A stretch of 64,000 nt of DNA from Phyllobates terribilis (lineage: Eukaryota), in NCBI RefSeq assembly GCF_046119375.1, contig NW_027362772.1, forward strand, positions 14,136,001 through 14,200,000, given 5' to 3'. The first letter of the stretch is position 1; each line of letters begins with the position of its first letter. Both the position numbers and the translations under genes were made by a program. Of this stretch, positions 12,266 through 25,588 are shown piece after piece. Under the pieces are notes generated by a model. That model did not search any database. It was given only the letters and a program-made list of their open reading frames with translations, and was not told where the DNA came from.

Positions 12266-15200
12266 ATGATGAAGCTTGTGGTTCTTGCTCTCTGCCTGGC
12301 TTACGGTAGGTCACAACTCCTCCAGCTTCGCTTTGCTCCCCAGTCCCCCACGACTGGCGCTCGCTGACCCCTCTTGTGTCTTCCAGCCTACAGCTGCGGC
12401 GTTCCGGCCGTGCAGCCCATCCTGTCCAGAGTGGTGAACGGCCATGATGTGCGAGAGCACAGCTGGCCATGGCAGGTGTGGACCGTAGAACTATAGTCAT
12501 GAGATGTCCCACGCCTCGTCCTGAAGACTCCTCTTACCAGGTTCTTTCCTTTCTCTAGATTTCCCTGCAGTACCAAGGCAGCAGCGGAGCCTGGGGCCAC
12601 ACCTGCGGCGGCACCCTGATTTCTGACCGCTGGGTCCTGACTGCCGCCCACTGTATCAGGTACAGGAAAAACAAGCAATTGAAGGCTGAACTGTATTGCG
12701 CTATGATCGATTGTCCGGTGTCATTTTTTATCGGAATTGCTTGTTTTAACACTTCGGTGACTACAGATTGCTAAGCGCTGTCCGGAGGTGTACAGGATAC
12801 AGGCGGGTGGTCCGCCTCTCTACAGGGCAATATTCTGACACCCTTATACCGGGACTAATAATAATCCCCCCCTTCCTCCAGCTCCGGCCGCGTCTACAGA
12901 GTCCTGGTTGGAAAGCACAACCTGAAGGAAGATGAGGAAGGATCCGCCGCCATCGGTACCGAGAAGATCTTTGTCCACGAGAAATTCAGCTCCTTCCTGA
13001 TCATCGCGTAAGTAACATCTCGGGGCCCCACCATGTTCAGGGGCCAACCAGGACTGCACTAATGCTCCACGTCTTATCTGAATCTCAGTAACGACATCGC
13101 CATCATCAAGCTGGCCGAGCCCGCCCCGCTCAGCGACACTGTGCAGCCCGCCTGCATTCCTGCTGACGGCGCCATCCTGGCACACGACTTCCCCTGCTAT
13201 GTCACCGGGTGGGGACGTCTGTACAGTAAGTAATGACATCAATATGCCTCACATATACCATCACGTGTCCACTAGTGTCCATTACTGATACTTTGTTCTG
13301 CAGCCAATGGACCCATCGCTGACAATCTCCAGCAGGCTCTGCTTCCCGTGGTCGAACACGCCGTCTGCAGCAGGTCCGACTGGTGGAGCTTCCAAGTAAA
13401 CAATAACATGGTCTGCGCCGGAGGGGACGGAATCGTGTCTGGATGCAACGTACGAAAATATCAGTTACATTACTGAGCCTGTATTATACTCCAGAGCTGC
13501 ACTCACTATTCTGCTGGTGCAGTCACTATGTACATACATTACATTACTGATCCTGAGTTACATCCTGTATTATACTCCAGAGCTGCACTCACTATTCTGC
13601 TGGTGCAGTCACTATGTACATACATTACATTACTGATCCTGAGTTACATCCTGTATTATACTCCAGAGCTGCACTCACTATTCTACTGGTGCAGTCACTG
13701 TGTACATACATTACGTTACTGATCCTGAGTTACATCCTGTATTATACTCCAGAGCTGCACTCACTATTCTGCTGGTGCAGTCACTGTGTACATACATTAC
13801 ATTACTGATCCTGAGTTACATCCTGTATTATACTCCAGAGCTGCACTCACTATTCTGCTGGTGCAGTCACTGTGTACATACATTACATTACTGATCCTGA
13901 GTTACATCCTGTATCATACTCCAGAGCTGCACTCACTATTCTGCTGGTGCAGTTACTGTGTACATACATTACATTACTGATCCTGAGTTACCTCCTGTAT
14001 TATACTCCAGAGCTGCACTCACTATTTTGCTGGTGCAGTCACTATGTACATACATTACATTACTGATCCTGAGTTACATCCTGTATTATACTCCAGAGCT
14101 GCACTCACTATTCTACTGGTGCAGTCACTGTGTACATACATTACATTACTGATCCTGAGTTACATCCTGTATTATACTCCAGAGCTGCACTCACTATTCT
14201 GCTGGTGCAGTCACTATGTACATACATTACATTACTGATCCTGAGTTACATCCTGTATTATACTCCAGAGCTGCACTTACTATTCTGCTGGTGCAGTCAT
14301 TGTGCACATACATTACATTACTGATCCTGAGTTACCTCCTGTATTATACTCCAGAGCTGCACTCACTATTCTGCTGGTGCAGTCACTGTGTACACACATT
14401 ACATTACTGATCCTGAGTTACATCCTGTATTATACTCCAGAGCTGCACTCACTATTCTGCTGGTGCAGTCACTGTGTACATACATTACATTACTGATCCT
14501 GAGTTACCTCCTGTATTATACTCCAGAGCTGCACTCACTATTCTGCTGGTGCAGTCCCTGTGTACATACATTACATTACTGATCCTGAGTTACATCCTGT
14601 ATTATACTCCAGAGCTGCACTCACTATTCTGCTGGTGCAGTCACTGTGTACATACATTACATTACTGATCCTGAGTTACATCCTGTATTATACTCCAGAG
14701 CTGCACTCACTATTCTGCTGGTGCAGTCACTGTGTACATACATTACATTACTGATCCTGAGTTACATCCTGTATTATACTCCAGAGCTGCACTCACTATT
14801 CTGCTGGTGCAGTCACTGTGTACATACATTACATTACTGATCCTGAGTTACATCCTGTATTATACTCCAGAGCTGCACTCACTATTCTGCTGGTGCAGTC
14901 ACTGTGTACATACATTACATTACTGATCCTGAGTTACACCCTGTATTATACTCCAGAGCTGCACTCACTATTCTGCTGGTGCAGTCACTGTGTACATACA
15001 TTACATTACTGATCCTGAGTTACATGCTGTATTATACTCCAGAGCTGCACTCACTATTCTGCTGGTGCAGTCACTGTGTACATACATTACATTACTGATC
15101 CTGAGTTACCTCCTGTATTATACTCCAGAGCTGCACTCACTATTCTGCTGGTGCAGTCATTGTGTACATACATTACATTACTGATCCTGAGTTACATCTT

Positions 15201-15687
15201 GTATTATACTCCAGAGCTGCACTCACTATTCTTCTTACATTAGGCATTGTAGAGTCATCTGTACTTCAGTAAAAGCTAAATTTTTATTCTTCACCAGCTT
15301 GCTGATGGTTTCCATTAACAAGCAGCTGATTTGTGTCTTCATCATATAATGAGCACTGCTCTTTCACAGGGAGACTCCGGCGGACCCCTGAACTGTCAGG
15401 CTCCTAATGGATCCTGGGAAGTCCACGGCATCGTCAGCTTTGGCTCCGGAATCAGCTGCAACTATGAGAAGAAGCCGACCGTCTTCACCCGCGTCTCCGC
15501 CTTTCTGGACTGGATGAACGATGTGAGTGCCGGGGGGGAAGCGGCGCCATCTCTGGGGGGTTTGGGTAACGCTTACTTGTCAGTAGGGCGTTTCTCGTCA
15601 GACTCCGCCCTAGTTGTATCTGCAGGACATTGTTGTTACATTGTTTCTCTTGTGATTGTTTATTTACAGAAAATCGTCAACAACTAA
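12266..15687 (+). CDS. CTRC: Chymotrypsin-C (caldecrin)-like pancreatic serine protease preproenzyme, 8 exons, 269 aa
   Basis: Exons 12266-12305, 12387-12475, 12559-12659, 12882-13007, 13089-13225, 13304-13449, 15370-15522, 15670-15687; all GT-AG; total 810 nt, in frame. Signal peptide [14 protein letters not shown], propeptide Cys, R|VVNG activation site, triad TAAHC / NDIA / GDSGGP. CTRC-like motifs ISLQY, EDEEGS, TNGPIAD and [14 protein letters not shown] (compared from memory). The orthology label is inference. Confidence 0.9.
13465..15231. repeat. 86-bp tandem satellite in CTRC intron 6 (about 20 units)
   Basis: Unit TACATTACTGATCCTGAGTTACATCCTGTATTATACTCCAGAGCTGCACTCACTATTCTGCTGGTGCAGTCACTGTGTACATACAT; near-identical ORFs recur every 86 bp. 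Confidence 0.97.
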
Positions 15688-15756
15688 GAAGATTCCAGAG
15701 AGACGACATCTGATCATCGTCCTATAACTGCCTGTACAATGTAATCAGTGCCGAGC

Positions 15757-15762
15757 AATAAA
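15757..15762 (+). terminator. Polyadenylation signal of the CTRC-like gene
   Basis: AATAAA 70 bp after the stop codon. Confidence 0.75.
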
Positions 15763-15800
15763 GACACCTAGAACCTGAGCCGCCTAGTGAGCCTCTATCT

Positions 15801-18540
15801 GCTGTATCTAATCCTAGCCTGTGTGATACTGTCTGCTGAGCTGTGTATCTAATCCTATCCTGTGTGATACTGTCTGCTGAGCCGTGTATCTAATCCTATC
15901 CTGTGTGATACCATCTGCTGACCTGTGTATCTAATCCTGTCCAGTGTGATACTGTCTGCTGAGCTGTGTATCTAATCCTCTCCTGTGTGATACCGTCTGC
16001 TGAGCCGTGTATCTAATCCTCTCCTGTATGATACTGTCTGCTGAACCGTGTATCTAATCCTCTCCTGTGTGATACTGTCTGCTGAGCCGTGTATCTAATC
16101 CTCTCCTGTGTGATACTGTCTGCTGAGCCGTGTATCTAATCCTATCCTGTGTGACACTGTCTGCTGAGCCGTGTATCTAATCCTCTCCTGTGTGATACTG
16201 TCTGCTGAGCCGTGTATCTAATCCTATCCTGTGTGATACTGTCTGATGAGCAGTGTATCTAATCCTATCCTGTGTGATACTGTCTGCTGAGCTGTGTATC
16301 TAATCCTCTCCTGTGTGATACTGTCTGCTGAGCTGTGTATCTAATCCTATCCTGTGTGACACTGTCTGATGAGCAGTGTATCTAATCCTATCCTGTGTGA
16401 TACCATCTGCTGACCTGTGTATCTAATCCTCTCCTGTGTGATACTGTCTGCTGAGCCGTGTATCTAATCCTCTCCTGTATGATACTGTCTGCTGAGCCGT
16501 GTATCTAATCCTCTCCTGTGTGATACTGTCTGCTGAGCCGTGTATCTAATCCTATCCTGTGTGATACTGTCTGCTGAGCTGTGTATCTAATCCTCTCCTG
16601 TGTGATACTCTCTGCTGAGCTGTGTATCTAATCCTCTCCTGTGTGATACTGTCTGCTGAGCCGTGTATCTAATCCTCTCCTGTGTGATACTGACTGCTGA
16701 GCAGTGTATCTAATCCTATCCTGTGTGTTACTGTCTGCTGAGCTGTGTATCTAATCCTATCCTGTGTGACACTGTCTGATGAGCAGTGTATCTAATCCCA
16801 TCCTGTGTGATACTGTCCGCTGAGATGTGTATGTAATCCTATCCTGTGTGATACTGTCTGCTGAGCTGTGTATCTAATCCTCTCCTGTGTGATACTGACT
16901 GCTGAGCTGTGTATCTAATCCTCTCCTGTGTGATACTGTCTGCTGAGCTGTGTATTTAATCCTCTCCTGTGTGACACTGTCTGATGAGCCGTGTATCTAA
17001 TCCTATCCTGTGTGATACTGTCTGCTGAGCTGTGTATCTAATCCCATCCTGTGTGATACTGTCTGCTGAGCCGTGTATCTAATCCTCTCCTGTGTGATAC
17101 TGTCTGATGAGCAGTGTATCTAATCCCATCCTGTGTGATACTGTCCGCTGAGATGTGTATGTAATCCTATCCTGTGTGATACTGTCTGCTGAGCTGTGTA
17201 TCTAATCCTCTCCTGTGTGATACTGACTGCTGAGCTGTGTATCTAATCCTCTCCTGTGTGATACTGTCTGCTGAGCTGTGTATTTAATCCTCTCCTGTGT
17301 GACACTGTCTGATGAGCCGTGTATCTAATCCTATCCTGTGTGATACTGTCTGCTGAGCTGTGTATCTAATCCTATCCTGTGTGACACTGTCTGATGAGCC
17401 GTGTATCTAATCCTATCCTGTGTGATACTGTCTGCTGAGCGGTGTATCTAATCCTCTCCTGTGTGACACTGTCTGATGAGCCGTGTATCTAATCCTATCC
17501 TGTGTGATACTGTCTGCTGAGCCATGTATCTAATCCTCTCCTGTGTGATACTGTCTGCTGAGCTGTGTATCTAATCCTCTCCTGTGTGATACTGTCTGCT
17601 GAGCTGTGTATCTAATCCCATCCTGTGTGATACTGTCTGCTGAGCTGTGTATCTAATCCTCTCCTGTGTGACACTGTCTGATGAGCCGTGTATCTAATCC
17701 TATCCTGTGTGATACTGTCCGCTGAGATGTGTATCTAATCCTCTCCTGTGTGATGCTGTCTGCTGAGCCGTGTATCTAATCATATCCTGTGTGATACTGC
17801 CTGCTGAGCCGAGTATCTAATCCTCTCCTGTGTGATACTGTCTGCTGAGCTATGTATCTAATCCTCTCCTGTGTGATACTGCCTGCTGAGCCGAGTATCT
17901 AATCCTCTCCTGTGTGATACTGTCTGCTGAGCTGTGTATCTAATCCTCTCCTGTGTGATACTGTCTGCTGAGCCGTGTATCTAATCCTATCCTGTGTGAT
18001 AATGTCTGCTGAGCCGTGTATCTAATCCTATCCTGTGTGACACTGTCTGATGAGCAGTGTATCTAATCCTATCCTGTGTGATACTGTCTGCTGAGCTGTG
18101 TATCTAATCCTCTCCTGTGTGATACTGACTGCTGAGCTGTGTATTTAATCCTATCCTGTGTGACACTGTCTGATGAGCAGTGTATCTAATCCCATCCTGT
18201 GTGATACTGTCCGCTGAGATGTGTATCTAATCCTCTCCTGTGTGATGCTGTCTGCTGAGCCGTGTATCTAATCCTATCCTGTGTGATACTGCCTGCTGAG
18301 CCGAGTATCTAATCCTATCCTGTGTGATACTGTCTGCTGAGCCGTGTATCTAATTCTATCCTGTGTGATACCATCTGCTGAGCCGTGTATCTAATCCTAT
18401 CCTGTGTGATACCATCTGCTGAGCGTGTATCTAATCCTATCTTGTGTGATACCATCGGCTGAGCAGTGTATCTAATCCTATCCTGTGTGATACTGTCTGC
18501 TGAGCTGTGTATCTAATCCTATCCTGTGTGATACTGACTG
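15801..18540. repeat. 41-bp tandem satellite (about 66 units)
   Basis: Unit GTGTATCTAATCCTCTCCTGTGTGATACTGTCTGCTGAGCC; period 41 (gctgagcc at 16081 and 16122). Confidence 0.96.
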
Positions 18541-19008
18541 TTGAACTACTGTAGCTCAGCCTACATTGTCTGGTGTCATTTGGGGAGTTCAAGTATCTAA
18601 GGTTGTGATACTTATCTGAACCCCTGGTCACTATTTTCCCCATCATTACAGTCTCCAGGTTAAATATAATAGAAATTCCATAACATATATAATACACCCC
18701 ATATTGTGTATGGAGAAAAGTATGTGCCCCCTCCACCTCCATGGGCTTTACACCACTCCATCCAACGATTGGCATTGTGCTTGGTGATGTACGGCTGCAT
18801 GCAGTTGCTCAGCCATGAAGCTCCCGGTGGGGGCTCAGAGTTTGTGCTGATACCAGCAGAGGTCTGGACTCTTCAGTTACGGGGTCAGCAGAGCAGTGGT
18901 CACTTTTCTGTCCTCTGCTCCTCAGCACTCGGTCCCCAGATCAGTAACATTACGGGGTCTCCACTTTGTGGCTGAGTTGCTGCGGTTCCTTTCACTTCTC
19001 AGTAATAT

Positions 19009-20071
19009 TGTAAGGACCGGTACGCCGGTAGAATGTGTATGAGGAATACGGCGCTGCTATGAATGACTCCGACCTTGTATAGTGACAAATAACTTTCTTT
19101 ATACTGGTCACAAAAATTGACAGGGTTAAACAATTCTACAAAATATGGGCCACGACAGCCACTAACACAAAATACAAGTTATGCTGCCCGAGAGAGCCCA
19201 AGTGCCAATCTCGCGGGAATGAGCCAAATTACCCCTGGGCTATGCCGCTCCCACCCTTATTCAGTACAGGGCCTACCCAAGACGTTACCGCGGTCGTGGC
19301 ACGTGGTCCTCCCAGGAATATAATCTTACACCCCCCTCCCACACTAATACAATGAGATCTGGGTACCCTTGTTTTCCCCTTAGAGAACACTCATATATAT
19401 TTAACCAAAGCGTTACCTATACAGTGTACAGTTTCTCTTCTTACAAGGGCAAAGAGAAATCTCTCAGACTTAATCCATATACAAACAGTTAACAAACTAA
19501 ACCTTTAACTAGACCCTGATCTCCGGCCACAGGGTTTGATCAGCTTCTCCTTCTCACCAAGCTCTCCCGCACATCCAGGTGTCAGCAGGAATTAGAATCA
19601 ATCTCAGTCTCAAAGTGTAGTTCACAACAGGGCTCCTTTGTAGTATCCACGTGCACAGTCTTAGTATACCAGATCCTTCACAATTTCTGGATCAAGCCTG
19701 CTCAGTCCATCAGCAGTGATATACACCAGGCAGTTCTCAGCACTACTGGAATCACTAACTAGCTTTCCCTGACTACACAGTTGGTGACCGTTTACATATC
19801 TCAGTTACTCACAAGTCACAGCTTCTTCTTGGACACACCGTCTGGCTGCAGTCTGTACAAGCTCTCTAACGTCACTCAGCATTCAGACGCATGTCGCCTT
19901 CTCAGAGGACTTCCTGGATCTCTCTTTCCCGGGCTTTTTTTTACAGATCCCTGGGCTTTTTCTTTACTTGTTTCTTGCTGACCCCTAATGGCCGGACTAA
20001 GTCATTGCAGGAGAAATTTACACTGTCATAAATATGAGCTCATTACTAGAAAGACATGTCAACATGTTACA
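19009..20071. mobile_element. Solo LTR (1063 bp), Gypsy/ERV type
   Basis: Termini TGTAA...TTACA; 4-bp TSD ATAT at 19005-19008 and 20072-20075; no internal coding sequence. Confidence 0.75.
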
Positions 20072-20491
20072 ATATCACTCACAGGTGATGGGGGAAGAAA
20101 TATCATGGACGGACTTGTTACCCCGGTGGCTCCTATTACAGGACTGCGCTGGTATCAGGGTGCTCTGCACCACTGGCCGCGCTGTCACATTTTAGTAAAG
20201 GCAGATGGTAATGAGGGGCTGAAGGTTATATATTTTTGGCGGGCAGAGGTTATACACTGGGGGGCAATGGAACCGAAGGAAAAAGCGAGATCCCGTGATT
20301 GAGGCGATATCCAATACTTTTCTCCCTGCACTATATGAGGACGAGCGGATGCTTCATCATCACAATGAATATTCAGGAATCCACATTTCAGGACAGGTGA
20401 CCCCCATGATATCTGCGCCCCTGGTCCTTGGTGCTGGGTGACAGGTGGAGATGGAGCTCGAGTGCAGCATTAATCAGTGATGGATCGTTAC

Positions 20492-23400
20492 TAGTGATGA
20501 GCGAGCATGCCCGAGATGCTCGGCGGGAGCTCGGGTCCCCTCCCTGCATGTTTGGCGCTCTTTACAGAGCCAATGAACATGCAGGGATTGCCTGCCACTC
20601 ATTGTAATGCCATAGCCATGTTGGTTGTGGGCATTACAGTGATTGGCTGGCCGCACAGCGTCATCAGGTCTATATCAGACCTGGCGCCGCCATGCTCGTC
20701 ACAGTCACTCCGGAATCAGACAGGAGAGGTACTGCTGAGCTAGGGAGAGATTTGCTTGTTTCTAGTTAGTGTAGGTATACCAGACTATATTAGAGACACA
20801 TATCCATCTCAACAAACAGTCCTTCTGAGGACTAATCCATCTGCAGAGATATCAGGCAGGCAGGGTATATAGGCAGGCAGGCAGTGTATATAGCAGACTG
20901 CAGTGCACATAGGACAAGAGGCTCCATTCCAATTCTGCCTTCTGCTGCTGTTAGATATTTCTATACAAAGGCCCAGGTCTCAGGGGCCAGGAATACTTTT
21001 CTTTGGATCTTAATCCTCATTATTTGCTAAAAAAGCAATGAAGAGAACAGCGTTGTTCGGCGCCATTTGCTTGTTGGCACCGCAGAATACAGCCAGGTCC
21101 TTTCCATATTACAGTGCTAGAAATCCAGCTATTTAAAACTGTGTTTTCTCCGTCACACGGATCACATATAAGTTCGCTCCAAATTCAGCCATTTGTAGTG
21201 AGCGTGGAAGATACTGTCCTCCATTTAAAATGGGCAAGGCACGTGGCAAGGGACGGGGAACTGGATGTGATGGTGATGGTGCATGCGGAGGCCAAGGACA
21301 AGGCCGTGGGCAAGCTGAAATTGTGCCACAACAAACACCCACATTTTCTTGCTCGACCTTCCTGTCCCAATTAATAGGGGACCGCAGAACACCACTATTG
21401 AACACAGAAAAGGTTGTTGGTTGGATAGTGGATAATGCTTCCAGTCACTTAGCTTCCACCACCACCCTGTCTTCCACACCGTCAAGTCTCAGTAGCTGTG
21501 AGTGTGGACCGCATATTCCTCACCCTGAACCTCCTTCCTCCCACCATGCAGAGTGCTCGGAGACAACTGATCCCACACTTGGACACTCTGAAGAGCTGTT
21601 CACTGTTCCATCTATAGATTCGGGCCTCTCGCCCGGTCCACTTGAAGCGGGGAAGAGGAGATCGCGTGTAGCGATGCCCAAATATTTGAGCAGCCACGGT
21701 CACACGAAGGTGTCGGTGGGAAAGTGTCACAAGAGGTGGACGAAGATGAGACACAATTGCCCGAAAGTCAGGAGGAGGACCAGGGTGCGGAAGTGGAAGA
21801 CGAGGTGGTGGATGATATAGTAACCGACCCAACCTGGCAGGAGGACATGCAGAGTGAGGACAGCAGCACACAGGGGGAGGGAGGCAGAGCACCCCAACAG
21901 GCAGGAAGAAGCAGTGTGGTGGCCGCAGATAGAAGGCAGGCAACCGTTCCCCGTAACACCAACACGAAGGAAGTTGCCTGTACAACTTTTAGGTCTTCCC
22001 GAGTCTGGTTGTTTTTTAAAGACTCTGCTGATAACCCCAAAAAGGCCATTTGCACCACCTGACAGGCCAGCATCAGCAGGGGTGGTAAAACGACCAGCCT
22101 GACCACCACCAGCATGATCAGGCACATGGCTGCAAAGCACCCGACTTTGTGGGCCGAACCCCAGGGTCCAGGAACAGTGTCTGCAGGTGGCACCATTGCT
22201 TCTTCCACTGTTGTGCATGCAAGCCAATCCCTGTTCATGGTGCATGCAAAGATGCCTCCTGCCCTGCACCTGTCGTTGCACACTCTCAAGTAGCAGCATC
22301 AGGAAGCACGTCCATGTCCATGTCCCAGCGCAGCGTTCAGTTGTCCTTGGAACGCAAGCGCAAATATGCAGCCAACGCCCCACAGGCCACAGTACTAAAT
22401 TCTCTCATTTCACAACTGCTTGCGTTGGAAATGCAGCCTTTTAGGCTCGTGGAGACGGAAGCATTCCGCAACCTGATGGCGGCGAGCCGTCCCTCGGTAC
22501 TCGGTCCTCAGGCGCCACTATTTCTCCCGGTGTGCCGTCCCTGCATTACACAAGCACGTGTCCCAAAACATTAGCCGTGCCCTCAACAACGCAGTTACCG
22601 GGAAAGTCCACCTGACCACGGACACGTGGCCAAGTGCTTGTGGCCATTGACGGTACATCTCGCTGACGGCACACTGGGTTAACATAGTGGAAGCCGGGAC
22701 CCAGTCGGACCTTAGGACGGAGCACGTCCTCCCGACACCGGGGATTGCGGGCCCTAGGTCAATCAGGGTTGCCCCCACAGTCTACAGCTCCAGCACCTCA
22801 TCCTCCTCAGCCTCGTCCTCCTCTTCAGCCTCCATATCCGAAACATGTTACTGTGGGGCAGTGCTAATACCATGGCGTTGTACTATAGTTTACTGGAAAT
22901 ATTCCAGGCTGGTAGGAGGCAAGCAAATTCCCACAGAAAAGTACCAGCAGTAGGGTTCAGGGACCTGCGCTTGTAGAAAGCGGAGACAACACCGGGAGAA
23001 ATAATGACAGCTGGGGACCGAGTATGGACACAAGGCATGAGGTATGAGGCATGAGGTTGTGAAAAGCTTCCGCCCCCAAGAGTCTAAAAGGCCACCTTTC
23101 AAGTGCAAGCAGATGTCAAAAATTTGGCAGTATAGTGTTGCAGCCTGTCGGTGGGTGGGTGGCTGGCTGCATACTTGCACTTGCATTCCAAGGAATGGGG
23201 TAGGGATGAATGAACGCTGCACTGGGACAACGACGTGGACAGTGATTGTTGCAAGTCTGCAGCGACAGGTGCATGGCGGGAGGCATCTTTGCATGCGCCA
23301 AGGATCACTTATGATGGGCACACTTTTAGGCAGTGACCTGGGTGTCAGAAATGCTTCCAGAGGTCTTCCCCATGCTGTTCCCATGTCTTTTCAGGACGGT

Positions 23401-23980
23401 ATGCATGTGTCTGATGATGTGTCACACACCTCATGGCCAGATAAGGTTGTAAAATGTTAAAATGACATTTCCTGGTGAATGCATTTGTCACGGTTGAAAG
23501 CAATGCAAAAGTGCAAAAACGCATCAAAAATGCTATGTGTGAACATAGCCCGAGGTGTGGAGTAGTAATTTAGTTTTTGGTTATTTATTTTGCCTTACAT
23601 ACAAGTCATTACCCTGGAAAGGATGTTCCTTAATATATTTCCCAGGAAAATCCATTTTGTTTTTGTTTTTGTATGTTTTATTGTGAGTCCGTAAAAGTGG
23701 CGTAAAATCTCTGACCATGTTGTTGACAGCAGTGACCTGGGAGTCAGAGATGCTTCCAGGGGTCTTCCCCATGCTGTTCCCATGTCATTTGAGCCTTGTT
23801 CCCATCAATTTGGGCAATTTTTAGGCCTCTGCAGACCACCGGGGGGGGAGCCACCTGAAAAATGCTCGAGTTTCCCATAGACTTACATTGGGCTTGTTGC
23901 TTGGGTCGAGCACCCGAGTATTCCAATGTGCTCACCCCGAGCAACGAGTACCCGAGCATTTTATTGCTCGCCCATCACTA
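20492..23980 (+). mobile_element. Defective hAT DNA transposon (3.5 kb, internally deleted)
   Basis: TIRs TAGTGATGAGCGAGCA / TGCTCGCCCATCACTA; 8-bp TSD ATCGTTAC / ATCATTAC (one mismatch); internal transposase remnant. Confidence 0.9.
21230..22700 (+). pseudogene. hAT transposase remnant (BED zinc finger to first catalytic Asp)
   Basis: BED finger VWLFF...ICTT*...MIRHMAAKH (second Cys replaced by TGA at 22060-22062); LLALEMQPFRLVE; KVHLTTDTW..*RYISLTAHWV. Contains frameshifts; no C-terminal half is recognisable. Confidence 0.85.
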
Positions 23981-24204
23981 ATCATTACATAAACAACAAC
24001 CAAGATAACGAGAGTTATCTAATTATATTAATATAGTATATGTAAGTATTTACCTATGGAATATATGAACAACAACAAAAGTGAATGAACACCAAAATAA
24101 TCAATAAAAAATATTTGTATTAGTACATGTAAAAAATACATATTAGCAAAAAGATAAAATTACATAAAAGGGGAACAAGCAGAACACAGGGAAATGCGTA
24201 TAGG

Positions 24205-24350
24205 CAGTGGGGGAAATAAGTATTTGATCCCTTGCGGTTTTTGTAAGTTTGCCCACTGACAAAGACATGAACATGTCTATAATTTTAAGGTCTCTAGACC
24301 TTAATCCCATAGAAAACTTATGAAGGGAGTTGAAGCTCCGAGTTGCCAAG
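24205..24350 (+). mobile_element. Short deleted Tc1/mariner fragment (TIR fused to a DDE fragment)
   Basis: CAGTGGGGGAAATAAGTATTTGATCCC resembles a Tc1 TIR; followed by SLDLNPIENL*RELKLRVAK (motif SPDLNPIE). Confidence 0.6.
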
Positions 24351-24706
24351 TTGCCACTGTATATAGGCTGTACATAGTGAGAATAGCAGCAGAGTTGTAA
24401 AATAAATATTATGTTGTCATATGCATCCAAGTGGATTTAAAAGACAAATCATTTTATATATAAAATAAATAAAGGGAACACTGAAATACCCCATCCTAGA
24501 TCTGAATGAATGAAATCTTCTCATTGAATCCTTTGTTCTGTACAAAGCTGAATGTGCTGACAACAAAATCACACAAAAGTCATCAATGGAAATCAGATTT
24601 ATTAACCAATGGAGGCCTGGATTTGGAGTCACCCCCAAAATTAAAGTGGAAAAACACACTACAGGCTGATCCAACTTTGATGTAATGTCCTTAAAACAAG
24701 TCAAAC

Positions 24707-25492
24707 TGAGGCTCAGTATTGTGTGTGGCCTCCACGTGCCTGTATGACCTCCCTACAACGCCTGGTCATGCTCCTGATGAGGCTGAGTATTGTGTGTGGC
24801 CTCCACGTGCCTGTATGACCTCCCTACAACGCCTGGGCATGCTCCTGATGAGGCTGGGTATTGTGTGTGGCCTCCACGTGCCTGTATGACCTCCCTACAA
24901 CGCCTGGGCATGCTCCTGATGAGGCTGAGTATTGTGTGTGGCCTCCACGTGCCTGTATGATCTCCCTACAATGCCTGGGCATGCTCCTGATGAGGCTGAG
25001 TATTGTGTGTGGCCTCCACGTGCCTGTATGACCTCCCTACAACGCCTGGGCATGCTCCTGATGAGGCTCAGTATTGTGTGTGGCCTCCACGTGCCTGTAT
25101 GACCTCCCTACAACGCCTGGGCATGCTCCTGATGAGGCTGAGTATTGTGTGTGGCCTCCACGTGCCTGTATGACCTCCCTACAACGCCTGGGCATGCTCC
25201 TGATGAGGCTCAGTATTGTGTGTGGCCTCCACGTGCCTGTATGACCTCCCTACAACGCCTGGGCATGCTCCTGATGAGGCTCAGTATTGTGTGTGGCCTC
25301 CACGTGCCTGTATGACCTCCCTACAATGCCTGGGCATGCTCCTGATGAGGCTGAGTATTGTGTGTGGCCTCCACATGCCTGTATGACCTCCCTACAACGC
25401 CTGGGCATGCTCCTGATAAGGCTGAGTATTGTGTGTGGCCTCCACGTGTCTGTATGACCTCCCTACAATGCCTGGGCATGCTCCTGATGAGG
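24707..25492. repeat. 71-bp minisatellite (11 copies) inside the Tc1 3' end
   Basis: agtattgtgtgtggcctccacgtgcc... recurs at 24715, 24786, 24857 ... 25425. Confidence 0.95.
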
Positions 25493-25588
25493 TTGCGGAT
25501 GGTCTCCTGTGAGATCTCCTCCCAGACCTGGACTAAAGCATCCGCCAACTCCTGGACAGTCTGTGGTGCAACGTGACGTTGGTGGATG

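Noticed and set aside
15331-15687. Single 118-aa ORF containing GDSGGP
   Set aside because: It is CTRC exon 7 read through intron 7 into exon 8, not a separate gene.
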